Origin: Botryllus schlosseri
Taxonomy: Eukaryota
Assembly: GCA_051294905.1 (NCBI GenBank)
Contig: CM119372.1
Coordinates: 39,372,001 to 39,436,000 of the forward strand
DNA: 64,000 nt
Reading direction: 5' to 3'
Made by a program: the position numbers and the translations under genes. Positions 48,901-59,820 of this stretch are shown in pieces. Numbering within the stretch: position 1 is the stretch's first letter; each line of letters starts with the position of its first letter. Below the pieces are notes generated by a model. That model was not told the origin of the DNA. It did not search any database and saw nothing but the letters and a program-made list of their open reading frames with translations.

Positions 48901-50489
48901 CTGACAAACACACCTGACAATTTGATATTTTTGTATATTGTTACAACGGATAGCGACAAAATATACACCAACAACAACTCCAATACATTTGTGTAATCGC
49001 ATATTCACTTGTGCTGATGCAACCCATCAATATCATCGGTTACCCGCATGCAATATCCTCTTGTACACCGAAATGCATGTTTTGGAAAATTGGACAATAG
49101 GCTTCGATAGTTCTGCGATGTCCGGGTTCGTGCTTTGGATTTTCCAGAGTCAAAATGTCTGAATAAAACACCTCCTCGACGATGGTTGGTATGTGGATAA
49201 CGGGGTTCGGAAGACGGTTGGATTTATGTCACCCATCGCGATAACAATTCCAGGTCGAGTTTTCCCCCCGCATGTTTACTATATTGTGTCTTTATTGGTC
49301 AATGTATGTCTCGACATTCAGTTTGAAATCGGAAACCCTGATAAAGTATGTAACCGGATCCGGATATCAACTCTGAATCGATAAACCAATGAACAATATT
49401 CAAAGTAAACATGTTACATTCCACGAAAAAATACCATCCAGACATACGTCGCGCTTGTTTGCCCACAACAGTATACGCGTAAATGGAGGTGTGTGACATT
49501 GCATGCAATGTGTTGGTATACAAACATCGGGGAGTAAGCCTTCGATCCACAGACATTATCATAGCCGGTAATTTTGATGCAGATCGAATGTCACCCGATA
49601 ACAATACCAATAAGCCACATTGCAATGACTCTGAGTCAATCTGAAGCGTGACATACAGACACACAAACACCGAACCGTAACATGGGTTATTCGCACGACG
49701 GTGAAAGTGAACTATACAGCATATACCAATAGAGCGTTCACAGTCAAATATGCGAACCATGCACAATCATATACCCAGATTTTTGTTGGATACGTACGAA
49801 AACAATAAATCGATACATTTCTGTTCCTTCTACATCAATAATACAAGCGTCATTCCAATGCATCGCTCGAATGTGAGGTTCGTCGGGTGTAAAATCCATG
49901 TCAAATAACACCAAAGTGTGCTTTCCGTGTTTTATTATTTCCACCGACGCTTCTTGTCTGTGTCGTAACACTATGGTGCGGGGAGTTGAAAAACGGTGGA
50001 TTGTGAAACGGATTGACATGACCAACTGAATCGACGTCAATAGAATTGTGACGATGTGGTTTCAAAATGCTCCGATATGACGAGACCAACCCCGATCTCT
50101 TGTGGTGACGACCGTTTCGAAATGTCACCGGACGAGCTAGACCCTTAGTGGGGCGGTTTAGCCCAAATATTCAAAAGGATTGTGCATTTTGTGATACAAG
50201 CACCAAATTTGGCACACATGTATATTAACATGTTGCGAACATTTTCAGATATTGAGCCACTCGGAATTCTCTCTTTATGACCGCCATATTGAATTTCAAA
50301 ATGGCCGCCATTTGAAATCGACATTTGCGATTATCTTTGGGCCTAATGCTGCTATTGACTTTATTTTGGTATCTAAATGTATGTTTTTTGGGTCAAGGAA
50401 TCCAATGGTAACAATCTGTAATGTGTATTTTTACCAATGTAGCGCCATATTGGATTTGAAAATGGCGGCTTCACATTACATGGCACACT

Positions 50490-53400
50490 GATGAAGAATA
50501 CCAATGGTTAGGCAATGCAAAACAAGTCCTGGAAGACAACACTGGTACAGTAGACAATGAAACACATCTTGGGCTGCATTTCATGCCAGCCGACAGCCAC
50601 CGGATGCTAGAGTCATCTGCCCCACGTCGCTGCTTCCACTCTTCCTGGAAAGTGCCCACACTGTGGCCATGATCCGGCATTCAATGGACATTGTGAAGAA
50701 AGCTGTAGAACACCTGAATCCAGTGGTCACCTTGGATCAGCCACTGTTCGCTTTGGCTAAGCAGATACAGTGGAAGTGGCCAGAGAGTTATGGTGAAGAC
50801 CACATGCTGGTGATGTTTGGTGGTCTCCACATAGAGATGACGGCACCGAAAACACTGGGGAACTGGCTGCAAGGGAGTGGTTGGGTGCAAGCACTTGTGC
50901 AAGCTGAGATTGCGACAGCAGGGACTGCAGACTCATTTCTGCGAGCATCTCATGCGTTGCGCACAAGAAGAGCACATCAAGTAACTGCAACAGCACTGTA
51001 CAGTGTACATCCTGCAAGACCATGTCTACAACCACTACTGTCTGGGAGAAACCAGGGATGCAGAGGACCTTCCCGCGTTTGAAGACTGGTGTCGCCAGAG
51101 ACGAGACAACATCCCCCAGTTTCGCTACTGGGCAACTGTGCTGGAAATAGAACTGTTGGTTCTAGTGTATGTGCGTTCTCTCAGGCAGGGATCGTTGACG
51201 ATGTACTTCGATGCTCTGACAGAGCTAGTCACCTGGTTCCACGCACTAGATCATACCCACTATGCTAGGTGGATACCAGTGCACCTGAAGGACATGGCCG
51301 AACTCACTACCAAACACCCAGACGTAGCCAGGAAATTCAGTGAAGGCCATTTCACAGTTCAGAAACCACAGAGGGTGTTCTCTTCAATCCCGATTGACCA
51401 GGCACATGGGCAAAATATTGCCTGCATTAAAGGAGAAGATGGCACAGTTGGGCTCACTAACAACTCTAGTGCCCTTCGTCGCTGGATGGTTGCGGGACCA
51501 GAAGTTGCTAGGGTTATAGAAAAATTCCAGGACGGGAACCAATACTGGAGACGGCAAACAGCAGACACACGTCATCACGATCAGACGCCAAGTGTACAGG
51601 CCTCATTTGTGGAAGATGTTCGCTTTCTCGTCGGTGTTATAGAGGCGATGGGCAACCCATTCGAGGAGGAGGGTCAGGATCTAGTCGTGCTGGACACAAA
51701 GGACATCGCAGGTCCTGCTGTCGTGGAGACCGTGATGAATGTGAAGAGGATTGGCCAAGAGCAGTTCGAGGCTTTCACCAGAGAGTGTCTGTTGGACAGA
51801 ACAAAGGCAGTGGACGACCCTATTCCTCGTAACAAGCTGAAGGTGTTCAACACTTCAACCCCAAGAAACCAGAGCAAAGGTCAGCAACAGCTCGCCTCTG
51901 TCAAGAATGACCATGAACTCTTCGCACGCCTGTACATTAGCTGCCAGATGAGGGATGTAAACCTTGAGGAGTTCTTTCGTCACGAGAACCAGGCATGTCC
52001 TCCTGCACTGTCTTCTGGTGGAAACCTCTTAACTGGTACCAAGAATGATCTCATCACATGCTTGGAAGAAGTCTCCGACCCCAAGACAGAGACTCCTGTC
52101 ACTACCTGTATAGTGCTTGATGGAGCGTCCATAGTCCAGATGCTGAATCCGGCTGCATTAAAGACCTTTGAAGAGTATGCACATCAGATCTTCATCCCAT
52201 ATATGTCTACGAAAATGAAAACAGTGTCACGCCTGGATCTGGTCTGGGATACTTACCTTGCTGATTCACTGAAAGGTAGTACAAAGGTAGTGCAAAGCGG
52301 GGACAAGGCGTGCGGAGACGTGTGGTGGCCGCCGCATCCATACCAGGAAACTCGCAAAATTTCCTACGAGTGGACAGCAACAAGACCGAGCTGTTTAAGT
52401 TCCTGTCAGCAGCTCTCATGGAATGGTTTGAACAGGAGGACAAGCAACTGGTCATTACTGATGGAGAGTCAGTACTCAGCAAGCCACTACTACCAGATCT
52501 GACCTCACTCGCCCCATGCAACCATGAAGAGGCCACAGTCGGATGTTGCTGCATGCATCTCATGCAGCCAAGCATGGACACCACTCAATAGTCATCCGGA
52601 CTGTAGACACCGATGTTGTGGTACTGGCAGTGTCCGTGGTACAGGAGTTGCAACCAGAAGAAGAACTGTGGCTGGCATTCGGAACAGGCCAAAGATTCCG
52701 ATACCTAGCAGCACACGAAATTGCAGCTGGACTGGGACCAGAAAAGGCTCGTGCACTGCCAATGTTCAACGCTTTAACTGGATGCGACACTGTGTCTAGT
52801 TTTGCCAGACATGGTAAGAAGACTGCGTGGGCAGTCCGGACGGTACTGCCAGAACTCACTGAGGCGCTGCTGCTGCTGTCCTCCGCACCACGTGACATAC
52901 CAAATGATGCAATGTGCATCATCGAGAGGTTTGTGATCTTGTTGTATGATCGAACCAGCAAATGCACGGACATTGACACGGCCAGGAGGAAACTCTTTGC
53001 GAGGAAGAACGATGTGCAGCTGATCCCTCCAACGAAGGCATCTTTAGAGGAACATGTCAAGAGGGCAGTGCATCAAGGTGGATATGTGTGGGATCCAGAG
53101 TTGGGATCAAGTCACTACCTTCGAGTCACGAGTCATTTCGAGTCATTGCACATTTTGACTCGAGTCAAGTCAAGTCAATCGATTTTCGAAGGTGACTCGA
53201 GTCAAGTCAAGTCAGTCGATTTTTGGAGGTGACTCGAGTCAAGTCGAGTCAAGTCAAGTCAAGTCACGAGTCAAGTCACAATTCAAGTCAAATTGAATTT
53301 TCGAGGTATGAGGCGTGATTACGTCATTGTATTTTGCTAGCTGTCTGAAATACAGATTGAGTGGTCATTGATTTTGAACCGATGAACGAATATAGAGTTA

Positions 53401-54295
53401 AATATACACACAAGTAAGGCGCTGTATCGCTCACATATAAGTAGAACTAATAAACTACGCAAGTAATTGCACAGCCTCAGTTTATAGTTACCAGCCAAAA
53501 TAAAGAAACAAATTGATAAGATGCAATACATTACCCTTTTGCATATTGATATGATACAATTCGACCCCGCGCCAATGGTTGAGGACTATGTAAACTATTT
53601 TCGAATTCAATTTCAACAAAACAAGAGGTTTGGTCAAGTTAAGAACGCAGAACAGAAATAGACATTTTGCTATTAAATTACTTTACTATACTATAGTTTA
53701 CGACAGCGTAGGCTGTAAGCTTCGATCACTTCGTTTGCGATCAATATATTTGTGAGAGAACAATGGAGGCTCAGTAAATCGCACGATCATTGAATGATTG
53801 GTCGCTCTCACGGGTTACACCAGCGTTGCGCGAACAATCCGAACATATGCAAGATAGTGATTTTCATCGACACCGATTACTTGATGACTTGAAATTGACT
53901 CGTGGATTTTGCTCCGAGTCACGAGTCAATCCACATTTCTGATACGCCGAGTCAAGTCAAGTCAAGTCAAGTCATTTTAGCAAAGTGACTCGAGTCAAGT
54001 CAAGTCATACGAAAAAGTGACTCGAGTCAAGTCATGACTCGAGTCATCCCAACACTGGTGGGATCAGATATTGCTGCCAGCACCTGAGCTCCCTCCACCA
54101 ACCAACTGGGGTTGGTCAATGATTGGAGGACAGTACACACCATACTGGACCAGGCTACCTGAGGCAGCTCGCAGCTGCATTGAGCTGATTTCTTGCAAGT
54201 GCCAGAAAGGGTTTGTGAAACGCTGCAAATGCAAGAAGGCTGGCCTTCAGTGCACAGCCCTCTGTGTGTGTGACGGGGACTGCACAAGACGATGA
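50490..54295 (+). pseudogene. Academ protein remnant: transposase core, XPG/FEN1-like nuclease, C-terminal Cys (CXC) finger
   Basis: ORFs 50663-51082 (LDQPL, FGGLHIEM, GSGW), 51003- (HYARW, DQAH, GPE), 52310-52591 (NHEEA), 52543- (TVDTDV, LTGCDTVS), 54071-54295 (CKC..CKC..CTALCVC..C); several frameshifts, N-terminus missing, MITE insertion. Confidence 0.85.
53096..54057. mobile_element. hAT MITE with (GAGTC/AAGTC)n repeats inserted in the Academ ORF
   Basis: TIR cagagttggga / tcccaacactg; perfect TSD gtgggatc; excision restores GGYVWDQILLPAPELP. Confidence 0.93.
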
Positions 54296-54639
54296 GTCCA
54301 CAACATACATGTACTTGTGGCAGTGCTGAACTTGTTAATATGACACTGTTTATATACGCGTATCCTCAGTACCGATATATACCTAGCCTCAGATACCTAT
54401 CATACCAGACCATTGTAGAATGTCAGTATACACCTAGCCTCAGATTTTAGACCATGTAGCATGACAGAATTGTACCTAAGACATTTACAGACATAAGACT
54501 TTCACACCCATTTAACATGCTTGCATAAAATCATTCTTTTCAAAGTATCGAGTTCAATCAAATATTTCCTAGATAAGTTGTAATTACAATTATACAACAG
54601 ACTATGAAAGATAACATCAAGTTGGAATTCGTACCATTG

Positions 54640-54830
54640 GATTGTGCATTGGATTAGGTTTGTGCATTGCATTTGATTTAGATTTTCATATTAGAATTTT
54701 TGATTTGTGCATTTGATTTAGATTTGTGCATTAGAATCTTAGATATGTGCATTTGATTTAGATTTGTGCATTTGATTTAAATTAGTGCATTAGAACTGTG
54801 CACTGGTTTGAGCATTGGATTGTGAAATTG
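54640..54830 (+). repeat. Degenerate gatttgtgcatt repeats inside the Academ right end
   Basis: Multiple tgtgcatt / gatttagattt units. Confidence 0.7.
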
Positions 54831-56621
54831 GTACCATTGGATTCCTTGACCCAAAAAACATACATTTTGACACCAAAATGAAGTCAATAGTAGCATTTGA
54901 CCCAGACATAATCGCAAATGTAGATTTCAAATGGCGGCCATTTTGAAATCCAATATGGCGGACATAAAGAGAGAATTCCGAGTGGCTCAATATCTGAAAA
55001 TGTTCGCAACATGTTATTATACATGTGTGCCAAATTTGGTGCTTGTATCACAAAATGCACAATAGGTTTGCTATGCTGCCCCACTACCTTACGAAAGTGT
55101 GTTTTATGATTGCGTGTGAAATCACGAGGTAGTGTTCTATTGTGGTGTACGATTGCAGTCTTCATTCCACAGAAACATACCTTATTGGATCACAATATCA
55201 GTCCGACATTTGCACGATATTTATCCGGAGTCGTTATGTGGGAGTAGCGACATCCATTGATCGTGACTGAAAGACTGATCGCAATCATTTCGAGCACCGT
55301 ACTTCGATAGTTCACCTAGATCAAACGCTGTAGTCTCAGCAGAAAACTTCGGTGTCGACAACACGATGGATATTGACCGATGTTTCTAATTGATCTGGGT
55401 GGTCAGTCTACAGATAGGGTCATGACTATCTTGTAATGTTACAACACGATAACACCATCGAATAAATCAGTGAACGGTGTCGAAATATCGATGTAATAGC
55501 GCGGACTCAGAGTCATTGCAATGTGGCTTATTGGTATTGTTATCGGGTGACATTCGATCTGCATCAAAATTACCGGCTATGATAATGTCTGTGGATCGAA
55601 GGCTTACTCCCCGATGTTTGTATACCAACACATTGCATGCAATGTCACACACCTCCATTTACGCGTATACTGTTGTGGGCAAACAAGCGCGACGTATGTC
55701 TGGATGGTATTTTTTCGTGGAATGTAACATGTTTACTTTGAATATTTTTCATTGGTTTATCGATTCAGAGTTGATATCCGGATCCGGTTACATACTTTAT
55801 CAGGGTTTCCGATTTCAAACTGAATGTCGAGACATACATTGACCAATAAAGACACAATATAGTAAACATGCGGGGGGGAAAACTCGACCTGGAATTGTTA
55901 TCGCGATGGGTGACATAAATCCAACCGTCTTCCGATCCCCGTTATCCACATACCAACCATCGTCGAGGAGGTGTTTTATTCAGACATTTTGACTCTGGAA
56001 AATCCAAAGCACGAACCCGGACATCGCAGAACTATCGAAGCCTATTGTCCAATTTTCCAAAAACATAAACGTCGATGTACAACAGCACATTGCATGTGGG
56101 TAACCGATGATTTTGATGGGTTGCATCAGCACAAGTGAATATGCGATTACACAAATGTATTGGAGTTGTTGTTGGTGTATATTTTGTCGCTATCCGTTGT
56201 AACAATATACAAAAATATCAAATTGTCAGGTGTGTTTGTCAGATTTCAAAATGAAAATGGTTTTGTTACTCTAGGAAAAGCTAGATGACCAAGAGAAAAT
56301 GTATTGATGTATTGTTACACTGGGTAAACGCCAGATCCCCAAAGGAAAATGATATTTTTACTCAGGTAAACGACGGATCACCAAGTGAAAAAGGTTTGTA
56401 ACCCAGAGAAAAATATATTTCCAAGCGAAAAAGGTTTGTTACCCGGGGAAAAAATATATTTCCAAGTGAAAAAGGTTTGTTACCCAGGGAAAAAATAGAT
56501 TTCCAAGTGAAAAAGGTTTCTTACTCTGGAAAAAAATAGATTTCCAAGTGAAAATGATATGTTTAGTCAGGTAAACGACGGACTGCCAAGTGAAAGTGGT
56601 AATTTTAAATAGGTAAACGTC

Positions 56622-56702
56622 GGGTTAGGGTTAGGGTTAGGGTTAGGGTCTAACCCTAACCCTAACCCTAACCCTAACCCTAACCCTAACCCTAACCCTA
56701 AC
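56622..56702. repeat. Head-to-head telomeric repeat block (TTAGGG)4 - (CCCTAA)8
   Basis: ggg(ttaggg)4 t ctaa(ccctaa)8 c; absent from the left arm. Confidence 0.95.
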
Positions 56703-59297
56703 ACAATCATGGTCATTAACTAACTTGCTCGGTCTAGATCAATGCAAAAGAGATGATTCGTTTTTTTGAAACCGTAGCGAAGACCACATGTAAATCGATG
56801 CGATAGACTTCTATCCCCTTACATTTAGTCGTGTCGTGTCCGTTTTAATATTTCTTGACTACATCGGAATGTCTATGTTGTAGAAAGTAAATACTTTTAT
56901 GGAGTTGTGTGTTTAATGAAAGCGATTGGTTACAAGTATGTGTTGGGGAAAGAAAATTTATTTTTCTGTATGTGACGAAATGAAAATAGATTCGTGGTTT
57001 TAATTGAATTGTGACTGTGTTGTTTTAATGCACTTTTCAACAGGTAGACTTGACACTGAACAACAATTCGACTCACAAAAAATGTTTGTTGTATGATTTG
57101 TCACCGGTGTGCAAAGGGTTTGGAATATTTTTGATTTACTGCTATGGCATTGACATAACCCTCTGAAAGTGAGTATGCTTTTCTTTCACGAAAGTTTACG
57201 TGGCTCTGTTGTAATAAATTTGTGTTAACTAAACTCGGATGGATACCACAATTGTGCTGGCCTTACACCACCAATCATTGTACAGGTTTGTAGCATGAGC
57301 GAATATTTTCGTGCATCATGAATATCTTTCGTATACACTTAGTATGAAATGAGATGTGTGGAACAATAATTAGTGTCGTACAAAGTGTTGTGTTTGATTG
57401 CTTACTTTTTATCAATGTCTTTGTGATGTTAAAAGACGACTAAGTTTTCATTTACATTAAGCGGAGAAACTCATGTAATAAATTTTACTCATTTGAAAAT
57501 CGACTCGCGTGAAAATACCGATCAATGGAGTAGCAATATCAATAAGGGTGGTATATTATTTTTCGCGATATGCACCAACCTTCTAAGTATAACTTTTCAA
57601 AAATTTATCATGTCATAGAAAAGTTGGTTTTTATGAAATCGAAACAAATATACTTCGATTATCACGACAAAGGAATTGAGATCAACGCAGTATTTCGAAA
57701 TGGTATGTTCTGCAATCGGTAAATATCAAACTGTGCATACAACTCGGTTAGGTAAACGACCCAGTTACAAGTCGGATGTATTTTTGATGTACAGATGGCA
57801 GTCTGATGATGTAAAGCTCAACCACTCTAGCGATTCGAAACAATTGTACTTCGATTATTATGATGATGGAAATTACGATCAACGGAGTATTTCGAAGTGA
57901 CTGTGTATCGTTCGGTATGTTCACCAATCGCTAAATGTCGGTTAATTAAACGATACAAATGACAGCTTGATGATGACAAAGCTCAACCACGCAAATGTGT
58001 TCATTGCAAAGTATTTGACACAAACAAAATACCGAATGGAGACCATCACATTGGTTTCATTTCGAGTGAGTGAAAATTGTTTTCTGTTGGCCTGGTAGGA
58101 CACATTTGACAAACATCGTGCACATTGTATCTTCGTGATGGTAACGACTTTCAGCGGCTTGGTTTCATGTCGGGAATTATTATTTGGGGGTTCAAAAACA
58201 ATCAATACTACAAATGAACAACAATGCAAAACACGTTTAGCAAATAACAGTGTGGCAAGTACTTTTTCGATATTACGATTGTTGTGTACCAGACACTTCT
58301 AGTTGAATTGAATGCATCGAACAAACATATCACAATTTACTTTTGTAATGATCAAAGTATGTGAAATGGTGCGAACGGATTAGGTATTATTCAAGCGGCG
58401 GTATGTCAATTCACCTAGTGTGATATCTTGACACCGAGTAATGCGCGAAAGTGTTTCAATTCTCACCGCGGATAATGATGATAAAGTATTGTACCGATTG
58501 TTAATCAGCAAACGAAATTGTCGTTTCATCTTTAGTCTTGGGTACTGGAAATATTTTCTGATATCCGCAATACGCAGAGTGATTTTTACCAAGGTGGAGT
58601 AATTTTCCTATCAAGAACATTTCAGACATACATAGTTTTACTGCTTAATATGTTAATAACATTGGTACTGAAAAGTTTGTTGCTGTCATAACATTTACCA
58701 CAACGCCGGGTCTAATTAACGCAAATAATTTAATAATAAAGTAATGATCAACTATTACAAATCTCATATGTCAAATCAATGTGTCAATCTTATGTTCACA
58801 GCATGATAACTTTGAATATAACACCATTGTTCGATTGTAAGAAATGAATTCTCAACTACGTTGGTCGGACTTTCAAATCTCGTATACTCAAACATATTAT
58901 GTTAATCTCAAGTCGCCGACACTGAGAAGTAATTACTTTTGTCTTACAAAATATACCGAGTAGTAATTAGTTTGTCTTGCAGAATATACCGCGTAGTAAT
59001 TCCTCTATCTTACAGAATAGTAACGACTTTTCAAGCTGAATAAAAAAAGATGTGTAGGGATATGAATACAACCAAGCTTGTTATGGATTTTAGGTTTTAG
59101 TGATTTTATGGATTCGTGTATGTTTGGCTGTTTTTCATACTGATACTGTTCGAGTTGGTTGGGTAAGTTACAAACGGATTTACTTGACAATGTTTTCGTG
59201 GTTGACTCTTTGAGTATGGTAAGATGGTGAGATGTCGAGACGTAATACTATTTCCGTACACTCAATTACAACAAAACATAACCCGCATTCAAATAAG

Positions 59298-59820
59298 TAG
59301 GGCTGGGCACAATGATTCGAGTACTCGAATCTGAATCGAGTATTAATTTCAATGATTCGAGTCGAGTAGTAAAATACGATTTTTTCGAGTACTGAAGGTA
59401 TATGCTCCACGCAACTGAAAATTGATTTACTAACGAGAATTATAGTTTTGATACTATTTTTTCACTGAGGAAGCCCGATAACCTCGATTGGCCGTGTCGC
59501 AGCATACCAGGCATAGTACAAAGCTACGAACTACAAAGCTACTGGAAATAACACATTTCTGAAGTCATGATTATCCCACAACATTGTCAAGAAGTGCAAT
59601 GAAATCGGTATGGTCGAAAAAAATACCGAAGTATATTTAATGTGATGGATAACAGGCATTATGTTCTTTGTGGTGGCATAAAAGGTATATATTTAAACTT
59701 CGACATGGTACATTCTATTGTGACGTCATAAGGAGTGATACTCGAATACTCGACTCGACTCGAAGCATATTACGTGATTCAGAATCGAATCACTCAGGTA
59801 CTCGATTTTGCCCAGCCCTA
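59298..59820. mobile_element. hAT MITE (TAGGGCTGGGC family) in the right arm only
   Basis: TIR tagggctgggca / tgcccagcccta; perfect TSD caaataag; single copy at left-arm empty site 38529-38536. Confidence 0.95.

Larger units (their letters stand above)
36474..49637 (+). repeat. Left arm of the giant inverted repeat (about 6.2 kb after removing the CACTA insertion)
   Basis: 36474-39424 pairs with 61883-58402; 46424-49637 pairs with 58401-55504; mirrored ORFs in the track (e.g. 46596+/57942-, 37450+/60653-). Confidence 0.95.
50146..55086 (+). mobile_element. Academ DNA transposon (XPG-nuclease type), 5'-deleted and decayed
   Basis: 5'-TAG...CTA-3' termini (tagtgggg / ccccacta), about 270-bp TIRs, perfect 3-bp TSD cct (50143-50145, 55087-55089); transposase, XPG-like and Cys-rich coding remnant. 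Confidence 0.88.

Noticed and set aside
49744..50040. IHRFST...EASVE faintly like a Polinton integrase segment
   Set aside because: Spacing is wrong and there is no ERFNRT or catalytic Asp context; too weak to call by eye.
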